A stretch of DNA of 64,000 nt. It comes from a bacterium ADurb.Bin212 (GTDB lineage: Bacteria; Patescibacteriota; UBA1384; XYA2-FULL-43-10). Numbering within the stretch: the first letter of the stretch is position 1; the number at the start of each line of letters is the position of its first letter. The DNA is taken from positions 16,308 through 80,307 of the forward strand of contig MWCM01000001.1 of assembly GCA_002070055.1 (NCBI GenBank), read 5' to 3'. The translations under genes were made by a program, and so were the position numbers. The notes beneath the pieces were generated by a model. That model ran no database searches. It saw only the letters and a program-made list of their open reading frames with translations, and was not told where the DNA came from. This document shows, one piece after another, positions 44,652 to 53,795 of this stretch.

Positions 44652-46419
44652 TCAGAACAACCGCAAATGGTGGACACTAGGCACTGTCTGTTTTGCCCTA
44701 TTCATGATTTTACTTGATGGCAATGTAGTGAACTTGGCGATTCCCAAGATTATGCAAGGCTTTGGGGCGACTCTGCCACAAGTGGAGTGGATCAATAATG
44801 CATATTTGCTGTCATTTGCTATACTCCTTATTACTCTTGGTCGTTTGGGTGATACTTTTGGTCGTAAGCGCATGTTTTTGGGTGGGCTAGTGCTATTTAC
44901 TCTCGGTTCGGTTTTATGTGGTGCTGCTACAAGCGTGGATTGGCTGGTAGTTTTCCGCGTTGTCCAAGCAATCGGCGGAGCCGCCATGATGCCGGCCACC
45001 CTCTCTCTAATTTCGGCGAACTTCGCCAAAAAGGAACGAGGGACGGCTATGGGGATATGGGGTGCGGTTTCTGGCTTGGCAATAGTTCTTGGTCCAATTA
45101 TTGGAGGTTACCTTACTGATTCCGGACTTGGTACATATCTAAATAATCTACTGTATATGAACGAATTTTGGCGCTACGTATTCTACATTAATATCCCCGT
45201 TGGTATTATTGCTTTAGTTTTTGGTTTGTTGGTTATTAATGAATCCAAAGATCACGAAAAAAGGCACAGTTTTGATATCTTAGGCATAGTGCTGTCGGCC
45301 TCATCTTTGTTCCTGCTTACATTCGGCTTAATAGAGGGTTCAAAATTCGGCTGGTTTCGGGCCAAAGAGAATTTTTTGCTCGGTGGTTTCAAGTTGGCCA
45401 TTGGAGATATCGGGGCAATCCCGATTATATTTGCTCTCTCGGCAATTTTGATGGTTTGGTTCGTCTGGCATGAATCAAGGGTTAAACATGACCCGCTTAT
45501 GGATCTGAAGTTATTTCGTAGTCGAAACTTCTCGGTTGGCAACATCTCCGGCTCTGTATTAAATTTTGCCATGATGGGCTCATTTTTCTTGCTGCCCTTG
45601 TTTTTGCAGTCAATACTTGGCTACTCTGCAATTAAAACCGGTCAAGTTTTAGTGCCTTTAGCCATAACCATCATGTTTTCAGCGCCGGTTGCTGGCAAAA
45701 TCTCTGATAAATATGGGGCTAAATATATCGTAATGGCCGGAATGATATTAATGTCATTAGGTGGATTCTATCTGGCACATTTTCGTTTAGATACTACCAC
45801 TAAAGAGCTGATTTTGCCCTTTATTGTAATGGGCTTGGGCATGGGATTGTCGCTTTCACCACTTACTAACATTACTTTATACGATGCTCCAGAGGATGAG
45901 GTGGGTGGCGCATCCGGCGTGTTTTCAACCACACGCCAAATCGGCTCGGTTATGGGTATAGCAATTCTTGGAGCCGTATTACAAACAACAATGCTGGCCA
46001 AAACTGATGCTCACATTAATAACTTGAGCTCCTTAAGCCCAAGCAGTAAACAGCTGGTAACAGAAACCATAAACGACAGTGATTTCAGTTTTAGCGATGC
46101 TAAGTCTCAAGAGCTTTTATCGAACAAATTGAGAGAACAGATGATTTCAGAAGCTAAAACATCTGCCTCTGCTGCTGCCGCTGCGGTTACTCCACAACAG
46201 TTAGCTGATCCTGCTTTTGCCGCGGCTTTTACTAAAAAACAAGCTCAAATCCAGCAGTCAATGATTGAGCAGATGAAACAAGCGGGGCAAGATGTCGCTA
46301 CTGCCGGCAAGCAGGGATTTGTTGATAGCGTTAATTATACTTTTAACATTGCCGCCATTATTGCTCTATTCGGGGCTATAACTACTTTATTATTCAGTAA
46401 CAATCGAGCGAAGAACTAG
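44644..46419 (+). CDS. MFS transporter, DHA2 (14-TM) drug-efflux type
   Basis: 591 aa with about 14 TM helices, motif A-like LGRLGDTFGRKRMFL, and motif C-like GPIIGGYL. Confidence 0.75.
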   Translation: MINQNNRKWWTLGTVCFALFMILLDGNVVNLAIPKIMQGFGATLPQVEWINNAYLLSFAILLITLGRLGDTFGRKRMFLGGLVLFTLGSVLCGAATSVDWLVVFRVVQAIGGAAMMPATLSLISANFAKKERGTAMGIWGAVSGLAIVLGPIIGGYLTDSGLGTYLNNLLYMNEFWRYVFYINIPVGIIALVFGLLVINESKDHEKRHSFDILGIVLSASSLFLLTFGLIEGSKFGWFRAKENFLLGGFKLAIGDIGAIPIIFALSAILMVWFVWHESRVKHDPLMDLKLFRSRNFSVGNISGSVLNFAMMGSFFLLPLFLQSILGYSAIKTGQVLVPLAITIMFSAPVAGKISDKYGAKYIVMAGMILMSLGGFYLAHFRLDTTTKELILPFIVMGLGMGLSLSPLTNITLYDAPEDEVGGASGVFSTTRQIGSVMGIAILGAVLQTTMLAKTDAHINNLSSLSPSSKQLVTETINDSDFSFSDAKSQELLSNKLREQMISEAKTSASAAAAAVTPQQLADPAFAAAFTKKQAQIQQSMIEQMKQAGQDVATAGKQGFVDSVNYTFNIAAIIALFGAITTLLFSNNRAKN

Positions 46420-46440
46420 CTTTATTAGAGCTTCTTATTT

Positions 46441-46465
46441 AGCCCTGGCTTTGCCAGGGCTTTTT
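46441..46465 (+). terminator. rho-independent terminator (AGCCCTGGC-TTTG-CCAGGGCT plus T5)
   Basis: Perfect 8-bp GC-rich stem and a T-run after the MFS gene. Confidence 0.65.
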
Positions 46466-46540
46466 GGAATTATTAGGGGTTGACAAGCTTAAATAATGGG
46501 TATATATTCATAATATAAGCATTAAATAATTTGAGAGGAG

Positions 46541-46810
46541 GTGATAAATATGCCAAGATATGATGGAACTGGCCCAATGGGTACTGGTCCAATGACCGGT
46601 CGCGGAATGGGCCCATGCGGCGGTGGCGCTAGCTGGGGCAGAGGTTTCGGTCGAGGCAGAGGATTGGGCATGGGTTACGGCGAACGCTTTGCTGGCAGGT
46701 GCTATCTGACTGCTCGCGAAGAGCTAGATTCTTTAAAGGAAGAAGCAGTTGTAATGGAAGCTGATCTCAAGGCTCTAAAAGAGCAAATTTCCGAAATGGA
46801 AGCTAAATAA
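46541..46810 (+). CDS. small Gly-rich protein with a C-terminal coiled coil (resembles the DUF5320 family)
   Basis: MPRYDGTGPMGTGPMTGRGMGPCGGG then a coiled coil (EELDSLKEEAVVMEADLKALKEQISEMEAK); recalled resemblance only. TTGACA promoter upstream. Confidence 0.45.
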   Translation: MINMPRYDGTGPMGTGPMTGRGMGPCGGGASWGRGFGRGRGLGMGYGERFAGRCYLTAREELDSLKEEAVVMEADLKALKEQISEMEAK

Positions 46811-46894
46811 AAAGCCGTCCTGACGCGTTGGAAATTCCTTCGCGTCGGGACGACCCGCACTTTATTAATATCACAGTTGAGTTAAAATATAAAT

Positions 46895-47185
46895 ATGAAA
46901 TATGGTCATCGCAAGCGTTTTTGTATTGGACACCGCCCATCGGTGAGTTTTTATAAACCCAAGGGTATACCGATGCGAAATTTGGAGGTAGTCGATTTAA
47001 GCCATGAGGAGCTAGAATCCCTAAGGTTAAAAAATGTTTTAAAACTAGACCAGGTTAACTCTGCAAAAATGATGAATACCTCACAGAGCACTTTCCAGAG
47101 AATATTGTCTTCGGCATACAAAAAGGTTTCGTTGGCCTTGGTGGAAGGTAAAGCTTTAAAAATAAATTTACACGAAGACGAGTAG
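46895..47185 (+). CDS. DUF134/UPF0251-family predicted DNA-binding protein
   Basis: FYKPKGIPMRNLEVVDLSHEELESLRLKNVLKLDQVNSAKMMNTSQSTFQRIL matches the DUF134 pattern (FKP.G.....LE.V.L..EE.EALRL.D...L.QEEAA..M.VSR.TF.RIL). Confidence 0.6.
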   Translation: MKYGHRKRFCIGHRPSVSFYKPKGIPMRNLEVVDLSHEELESLRLKNVLKLDQVNSAKMMNTSQSTFQRILSSAYKKVSLALVEGKALKINLHEDE

Positions 47186-47225
47186 GGACATTTGTGCCTG
47201 CGACGCTAACTGATATTATTGAGTT

Positions 47226-47699
47226 TTGAAGAATATTATATATGTTATTGCAGTTATTTTCCTTTTGATAATGGCTGTCGTATTTGTTAGTATCTACTAC
47301 GGCCAAGAAAAGCAAAACACAGAACGCCAACCTGAATCAGATAATCTAGCAGAAAGAGGGGTTAAAGGTGTCTCAACGCAAGATGAAAACCTAATTATTA
47401 AATCGGTAAGCGATAATGAGGCGCTGGAGATAATTCAAAAAAGGCCAGGACTAGTAATTGTTGATGTTAGAACTCCCGAGGAATATGCCGAAGGACATAT
47501 TGATAGTGCCATCAACATAGATTTTTATGATCCAGATTTTAATAACAAATTAAAGTCATTAGACAGAGATTTGCCATATCTGATTTATTGTCGAAGTGGT
47601 AGTCGCAGTAGCATGGCAATTGATTATTTTAGAAATCTGGGCTTTGTGGAGTTGTATGAGTTGGGTGGCGGCTATAATTCTTGGCAAAGTAATATTTAG
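47226..47699 (+). CDS. membrane-anchored rhodanese-domain protein
   Basis: N-terminal TM; VIVDVRTPEEYAEGHIDSAINID and the active-site loop YCRSGSRS. Confidence 0.75.
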   Translation: MKNIIYVIAVIFLLIMAVVFVSIYYGQEKQNTERQPESDNLAERGVKGVSTQDENLIIKSVSDNEALEIIQKRPGLVIVDVRTPEEYAEGHIDSAINIDFYDPDFNNKLKSLDRDLPYLIYCRSGSRSSMAIDYFRNLGFVELYELGGGYNSWQSNI

Positions 47700-47783
47700 T
47701 AATCGTCGTTTTGTTATAATGCTGATAAAATTATAAATGGAAGTAGCGGTGGGTGGATTTACTATTTTAAAGAACAGATTTTA

Positions 47784-48905
47784 TTGAGGAGGAGTATGCC
47801 AGAGAAGCCGGATTTTTTCGCTCATCTGTCAGATAGACATGAGAATCCATGGGGCAAGAGAGCAAAGCCTGAACTTCGATTGTTGGAAGGAGAAGATGTC
47901 GGAGAAAGTCTTAAGCCTGATTCTGTTGTTGACAATATTGAAATCGCTCATGGCGCGGCTAACTCGGAAGACAAACTTCATAATTTAGAAAGAACTGCCG
48001 AGGCTCTGGGTTGCGATAAGAGGCAGGAAATAGATGAGGTGAGGGAAGAGATTTATGGACTAGCCAGCAAACAAGATAAGACTGCTAAACTTGTTGAAGC
48101 TGTAATTGCCGAACAAATGCTAGAGGCCTCTGCAGCTGTAATATCGAAGGAAGATGTATATAGAAGAGATGGTTTTAAATCAGTTAGTCTAATACAACCA
48201 GATAGGATTGCACATAATGATCAGCCACAAATGCAAATGGAAAAATACCGCCAAAAATATCCTGATTTTTACCAAGCAGCAAAGGAATTAAGTGGGGATT
48301 ACCCAGAATATCAAGCCGCAAACAATGAGGGTGTCAGCCAATTCTACGAAAAAATGACAGGAGTTTCTGCTAGTGAGATGAGAAGCGTCACCTCGTTAGC
48401 CGAACATAAAATCAAAAAATTTGTAGAGAATTTAAACGATGTTCCCTTGGAATATGGCAAAAAGTCAGTGCTTAAAGACAAATGCAATGCAATTCATTTA
48501 GAGTTCAATAATTTGTGTGAAACTCCATTTTTCTTAACAATTAATCCGAATATTGTTTTACCGGGAGTCATGGCCCATAACGGTGCTGAGCCTTACGCAG
48601 AATACTATTTTGACGGAGCACCAGAGAGTGCCATAGATGCCAAGGAGTATGTTGCGCAGATGAAACGAATTATTACGGCAGTGTTGGGTTTAGCTGAACA
48701 ACTTAAAACGTCACCAAATAAAGATGAGGCCGGGGAAGTTCCAGATAACAGAGAGATCCAATCATTGCCAGTCTCGAGACCAAATATGCCAAATGAAGCC
48801 CCAACGCCTTCTATTGGTCGTCCTAGAAGACCAAAACGCAACAAGACAAAACCACCACTAAAGCCAAACAAGCCTAGGAGTTTTTTATCTCGTCTTTTTG
48901 GTTAA
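47784..48905 (+). CDS. hypothetical protein
   Basis: 373 aa, acidic with a basic Pro/Lys-rich tail; no motif I recognise. Confidence 0.35.
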   Translation: MRRSMPEKPDFFAHLSDRHENPWGKRAKPELRLLEGEDVGESLKPDSVVDNIEIAHGAANSEDKLHNLERTAEALGCDKRQEIDEVREEIYGLASKQDKTAKLVEAVIAEQMLEASAAVISKEDVYRRDGFKSVSLIQPDRIAHNDQPQMQMEKYRQKYPDFYQAAKELSGDYPEYQAANNEGVSQFYEKMTGVSASEMRSVTSLAEHKIKKFVENLNDVPLEYGKKSVLKDKCNAIHLEFNNLCETPFFLTINPNIVLPGVMAHNGAEPYAEYYFDGAPESAIDAKEYVAQMKRIITAVLGLAEQLKTSPNKDEAGEVPDNREIQSLPVSRPNMPNEAPTPSIGRPRRPKRNKTKPPLKPNKPRSFLSRLFG

Positions 48906-48985
48906 TCGTAATAATTCATTATGAAAATGCGTCCTAACAATTATCAAAATGTGAATTATCGAGTGCGCGGAAATAGGAGAGCCAT

Positions 48986-49459
48986 ATGAAATCTTTAGTT
49001 GTTTATGATTCCTTTTTTGGTAACACGCAAAAAATTGCTGAGATAATCGCGGAGGAGATTGGGGCCGAGTCGAAAAAGGTTCAAGATGTTGTAAAAGAGG
49101 ATTTGCAGGGCTTAGACTTGCTGGTTGTTGGTTCTCCAACACGAGCTTTCAGGCCTTCTCCGGACATTACTTCTTTTTTGTATAATCTGGCAGAGAGTAG
49201 CCTCAGGGGCGTAAAAGTATCAGCCTTTGATACGCGGATAGAAGTAAAGGATATTAAATCTCCGGTAGCCAGGGCTTTCCTTGGTCTTATGATCAAATTT
49301 TTTGGTTATGCAGATAAACCGATTATTAAAACATTAATTAAAAAAGGCGGGGAAGTTTTGGGCGAGACAACCGGTTTTTGCGTGCTTGATTCAAAGGGGC
49401 CACTTCGAGAAGCAGAGGCCGAACGTGCCAAAGAATTTGCCCAGTCTTTAAGGTGTTAA
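48986..49459 (+). CDS. flavodoxin-like protein
   Basis: MKSLVVYDSFFGNTQKIAEIIAEEIG is the flavodoxin FMN-binding N-terminal loop; 157 aa. Confidence 0.6.
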   Translation: MKSLVVYDSFFGNTQKIAEIIAEEIGAESKKVQDVVKEDLQGLDLLVVGSPTRAFRPSPDITSFLYNLAESSLRGVKVSAFDTRIEVKDIKSPVARAFLGLMIKFFGYADKPIIKTLIKKGGEVLGETTGFCVLDSKGPLREAEAERAKEFAQSLRC

Positions 49460-49732
49460 TTTGCCCTATGTTTAAAAATCGTCGAATATTAATTTTTATC
49501 ATTGCTACAGTTATAATATTTTCTACTATTACCATTCTATTTATGCGCAAAGATGAAGATGCTTGGGTTAAAGATTCAAGCGGTAATTGGGTAATGCATG
49601 GTAATCCTGCTATACATGATTTCGACTCATGTGCAAAGAAATATCCGGTTCGCGAAACTTACCCTGAGCAGTGCGCAATGCCAAATGGGCCAACTTTTAC
49701 CAAAGAGTATTAAGAAATTAACGGGAGGAAAG

Positions 49733-50740
49733 ATGCCTGAAGAAACCAACCAAAATATTCAGCCGGATGTGCCAGAGAAGAAACCATCCATTTGGTCGTG
49801 GTTTGTAGTGTTTATCGTCATAATTATCGTCGTAGGATTATACTGTTTAGTTTGGAACAAATCTCAAGTGAATGTAGATAATGAAAATAAGAACGCCGAA
49901 TCTGATACTTTTGACAAAAAGGATGACAAAGGGGCGGATCCCAATATGTATAATTGGTCCAAAATGGACAGAGGTCCTTATCACGACAAAGTGTCTTTCG
50001 CTACTAGCTCCGATCTTGTAAATTGGACCGATTCCGAAGAGATTCTGGTCGAACACGCCTCTGTGCCGGATGTAATAATTAAAGACGGCGTATTGTATGT
50101 GTATTTTGTGGATGTTGAGACTGATGGTAGAAAAGAGCAAATAGGTTTAATTACCTCAAGAGATAATGGCAAAACATGGAGCGAAAGGCAAATTGTAAAC
50201 ATAGAGGGAATAGGAGACAAAACGGCGGTTGACCCAGCACCGTATTTACTGGATGACGGCAGAATTCGCCTTTATTATTTTGATATCTCTACCACGATGA
50301 GAGATCCTGATTTGAGCGAAAACACCATGTACTCGGCGATTTCCGATGACGGTATAAATTTTGTGGAAGAGAGTGGAGTGAGATTTAAACACCAAGCAAT
50401 CTTTGACCCAGATGTTATTAAAACTGACAGCGGCTGGTATATGTATGTCGGTACAGATGATCAAAAAGTTCTTTATGCAACTTCTAAAGATGGTTTAGAT
50501 TTTGAATATGGAGGAGAAGTAATGAGTGGGGGAGCTATTCCGAATGTAATATTTGAATCGGGCAAATATTATCTATACACCGGAGGTATTGATATTGCTA
50601 CCTCTAACTCACCAACTTCATTTACAAAAACTTCAAAGCGATTTGATAGTGGTGGCTTAACCGCTGATCCTGGAATAGTAAAATTGGATGATGGCAGTTA
50701 TTTAATGGTATACAAAACCAGTGATAAAATGCCTAAGTAA
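49733..50740 (+). CDS. BNR/Asp-box repeat protein (sialidase-like beta-propeller), membrane anchored
   Basis: Start at ATG 49733 after a GGGAGG RBS; N-terminal TM; Asp-boxes TSRDNGKTWS and ATSKDGLDFE. Confidence 0.5.
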   Translation: MPEETNQNIQPDVPEKKPSIWSWFVVFIVIIIVVGLYCLVWNKSQVNVDNENKNAESDTFDKKDDKGADPNMYNWSKMDRGPYHDKVSFATSSDLVNWTDSEEILVEHASVPDVIIKDGVLYVYFVDVETDGRKEQIGLITSRDNGKTWSERQIVNIEGIGDKTAVDPAPYLLDDGRIRLYYFDISTTMRDPDLSENTMYSAISDDGINFVEESGVRFKHQAIFDPDVIKTDSGWYMYVGTDDQKVLYATSKDGLDFEYGGEVMSGGAIPNVIFESGKYYLYTGGIDIATSNSPTSFTKTSKRFDSGGLTADPGIVKLDDGSYLMVYKTSDKMPK

Positions 50741-50759
50741 TTGAAATGGATAAAAATAG

Positions 50760-51488
50760 ATGGACAACTTCAATATAATTATTCTGTCTTTTATTGCCGG
50801 TGCTGCTACTTTTTTTGGAGTTTGGTTGGGTTCTAGGCATAACTATGGAGAAAAAACCGCTGCTTTTGGTGCATCTTTTGCCGCTACGATAATGCTTCTA
50901 ATCTCCGGTGTGGAGTTAATACCAGCTTCAATATCAGATGGAGGCCTAATAAAAAGTAGCATTTTTGTGATTATTGGAGTTTCGCTTATTGCCGTGGCAA
51001 ATTATATTGTTCCTCATTTGCACACCTTTCATGATATAAAAAACTGCGATCAAAAGTGCATGCTTAGGGCATCTTATTTGATTGCTATTGGCTTAGTTTT
51101 GCATGATTTTCCAGAGGGATTTGCAATTCCGGCATCTTTTGGTTCATCAACATCCTTGGGAACAGTTGTTATTATTTCATCATTTTTGCACAATATTCCC
51201 GAGGGTTACGCTATGACTGTGGCCTCACGTGGTATAAAAGGCGGCTTTTGTTACAAATCAGCAGCTTTCTCGACCTTAGCCTCGCTATCCGGCGCAATAT
51301 TGGGGATAATACTTATCGGAAATTTTGCTCACATTAATTCGATTTTTCTAGCCGTTGCCGCTGGAGCAATGCTGTATATCTCCTTTCACGAACTTATACC
51401 CATGGCGCTAAAGCACAAAGAAAAAACTGCCATGCTTTGGGGCGCTGCGGTGGCGTTGATACTGTTTTTTCTGCTAGGACTAATTTAA
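50760..51488 (+). CDS. ZIP-family zinc transporter (ZupT-like)
   Basis: HDFPEGFAI and HNIPEGYAM metal-binding motifs in TM helices IV and V; 8 TM. Confidence 0.8.
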   Translation: MDNFNIIILSFIAGAATFFGVWLGSRHNYGEKTAAFGASFAATIMLLISGVELIPASISDGGLIKSSIFVIIGVSLIAVANYIVPHLHTFHDIKNCDQKCMLRASYLIAIGLVLHDFPEGFAIPASFGSSTSLGTVVIISSFLHNIPEGYAMTVASRGIKGGFCYKSAAFSTLASLSGAILGIILIGNFAHINSIFLAVAAGAMLYISFHELIPMALKHKEKTAMLWGAAVALILFFLLGLI

Positions 51489-51539
51489 TCAGCTTAATAA
51501 TCTTTTTTTGCCCCAAACAGAGCAAGGCTTGAAAATGAT

Positions 51540-52655
51540 TTGTTACAAGCTAGAATGAAAGAGATGAAAAAATCTCTATTTATTATTGTAATTCTATCAG
51601 CGGCCATTTGGGGCGCCTATTACTCTTCCCACCAGTATTCACTATCTAAGGATGCGGCATCAAAGAGTGATTCAGAGGAGTCTGGAAATGCGGATATACC
51701 GACTGATCCGCCAAAAGAGCTTGCCGATAGGCCGGCTAAAATTTCATTAACCTTTGCGGGTGATGTAATGCTAGACAGAAATGTCTGGCACAACTACAAA
51801 GATGTCGGCCTAAAAAAGCTACTTAGCGATTTTGATACCTCTCTGTTTAAAGATGTAGACTTATCGGTATTAAATTTAGAGGGCCCGATAAGTAAACAAC
51901 CAATAGATGACGATTGGCAAAGTGGTAGTATGATTTTTAATTTTCCTCCCGAGAGTGTAGATTTTTTAAAATTTGCCGGTATTAAAGCCGTTTCTTTGGC
52001 TAACAATCACACCTATAACGCCGGCAAAAATAATTTTGTATACACACAACAAGTTCTCAAAGAGAATAACATTGGTAATTTTGGTCGGCAGATCGGTTTT
52101 AATGAAACAGAAGATATTTATCGCTTTGACGGGGAGATACCGGTATCGGTAATCGGTCTGGATGTATTGGCAGAGTACATAGATGGCGAAATTATTAGCG
52201 CTATCAAAGCCGAAAAAGCCAACAATCGTTTTGTAATTATGATGCCACATTGGGGAGTTGAGTACAGTCAAAAACATCACTCAAGCCAAGAGAGCGTGGC
52301 GAAAAAATGGATAAATGCCGGTGCCGACATGATTATTGGAGGACACCCGCATGTAATACAGGATTTCGAAGTTATCGATGGAGTGCCGGTTTTTTACTCT
52401 TTGGGCAATTTTATTTTTGATCAATATTTTTCACCGGAAACACAGGAAAGCCTGGTGTTGTCTGCCGAAATTAGTGAAGAGGAGATCGTGGTAAAAATTA
52501 TTCCGGTTTTTCAAACTAAATCTGCTCCAAAGGTGGCGGATGGCGCAAAAAAAGAGTCAATCTTAGAGATGCTTATGACTGCGGAAAGTATCGGTGAGGC
52601 GCAGAAAAAAGGCGATGACACAATAATAATAGACAGAGAAACTACTATCGATTAA
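51540..52655 (+). CDS. CapA/PgsA-family metallophosphatase-like protein
   Basis: LTFAGDVMLDR, SLANNHTYNAG and GGHPHVIQ motifs of the CapA/YwtB family. Confidence 0.7.
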   Translation: MLQARMKEMKKSLFIIVILSAAIWGAYYSSHQYSLSKDAASKSDSEESGNADIPTDPPKELADRPAKISLTFAGDVMLDRNVWHNYKDVGLKKLLSDFDTSLFKDVDLSVLNLEGPISKQPIDDDWQSGSMIFNFPPESVDFLKFAGIKAVSLANNHTYNAGKNNFVYTQQVLKENNIGNFGRQIGFNETEDIYRFDGEIPVSVIGLDVLAEYIDGEIISAIKAEKANNRFVIMMPHWGVEYSQKHHSSQESVAKKWINAGADMIIGGHPHVIQDFEVIDGVPVFYSLGNFIFDQYFSPETQESLVLSAEISEEEIVVKIIPVFQTKSAPKVADGAKKESILEMLMTAESIGEAQKKGDDTIIIDRETTID

Positions 52656-52669
52656 CGGTTTGTTACTAT

Positions 52670-53794
52670 ATGAATAAACTTGTTTTAATAGACGGTAATG
52701 CTATCATTCACAGGGCCTACCACAGCATGCCAAAAACACTAAGCACACGCAAAGGAGAGCAGACAAATGCCATCTATGGCTTTGCCATCACTCTAATAAA
52801 GGTGCTTGAAGATTTAAAGCCGCAATATTTAGCGGCGACTTTTGATTTGGCTGGGCCGACTTTTCGCCATGAGGTTTTTGAGGAGTATAAGGCCACCAGG
52901 GTAAAGGCCGATCAGGAGCTTTATGATCAAATTCCTCGCGTAAAGCAGTTGGTGGAGACAATGGGCATACCGATATATGAGAAAGATGGTTTCGAAGCGG
53001 ATGATGTGATTGGAACGATTGTGGAAATAATTCAAAAATCAAAAATCAAAAATCAAAAGTACAATTCAAAAGTAAAAAATAAAAAATTTATTTCAAGTGA
53101 AACGAAGGAGCCTAATACTTTAGCAATAGAACAATTTAACAATTTAACAATATATATAGTAAGTGGGGACAAAGACATTTTTCAACTCATAAACGGCAAT
53201 GTCAAAGTGTATAATCTTAAAAAAGGATTGAGTCAGACGCAAATTGTTGATACTGAGGTAATCCAAAATGAATATAATTTACAGCCATCAGATTTTATCG
53301 ATTTGAAGGCTTTGGCGGGTGACCCAAGTGATAATATCCCAGGGGTGCCTGGGATTGGACCAAAGACAGCTACAGAATTGATACAAAGATTTGATACTTT
53401 GGAAAAGATTTATGAGAATATCACTAAATTGCTCAATTGCCCAATTGCTGATTTAAACAATTTAACAATACAACAATTTAACAATGAAACGATCGAAGTG
53501 GTTGCCAAGGAGCTTGGCCTTAAGCCTAGGGTTGTGAAACTGTTGATTGACAATAAGGAGCAAGCCTTTCTTTCTCAGCATCTTGCTACAATTCACAAAG
53601 ATGTTCCAATTGATTTTGATCTGGATAAGTGCAAGTGGGGAATGTATGATAAAAGTAAATTGAGCCAGTTGTTTGAAGAATTGGGCTTTCAATCACTCCT
53701 TCGAAGATTTGCCAACAACGCAACGGAAGAACAAAAAAAACAAGAGCAAAGAAGCGAGGCGCAAAAAAAAGATGAGCAATTAAAACTACTATGA
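52670..53794 (+). CDS. polA: DNA polymerase I, 5'-3' exonuclease (FEN-like) part
   Basis: LVLIDGNAIIHRAYHS...GFEADDVIGT...SGDKDIFQL...PGVPGIGPKTA are the 53EXO motifs. Ends at TGA 53792-53794, 1 nt before the ATG of the polymerase ORF, in a different frame. Carries about 35 aa of repeat-derived insert (53040-53151). Confidence 0.8.
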   Translation: MNKLVLIDGNAIIHRAYHSMPKTLSTRKGEQTNAIYGFAITLIKVLEDLKPQYLAATFDLAGPTFRHEVFEEYKATRVKADQELYDQIPRVKQLVETMGIPIYEKDGFEADDVIGTIVEIIQKSKIKNQKYNSKVKNKKFISSETKEPNTLAIEQFNNLTIYIVSGDKDIFQLINGNVKVYNLKKGLSQTQIVDTEVIQNEYNLQPSDFIDLKALAGDPSDNIPGVPGIGPKTATELIQRFDTLEKIYENITKLLNCPIADLNNLTIQQFNNETIEVVAKELGLKPRVVKLLIDNKEQAFLSQHLATIHKDVPIDFDLDKCKWGMYDKSKLSQLFEELGFQSLLRRFANNATEEQKKQEQRSEAQKKDEQLKLL

Positions 53795-53795
53795 T

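Noticed and set aside
53792-53794. polA continuity via recoded TGA (UGA read as an amino acid, as in some reduced-genome lineages)
   Set aside because: Reading through TGA gives YVEPSKR then TAA after 8 codons, not the polymerase frame. Other genes in the window use TGA as a genuine stop.
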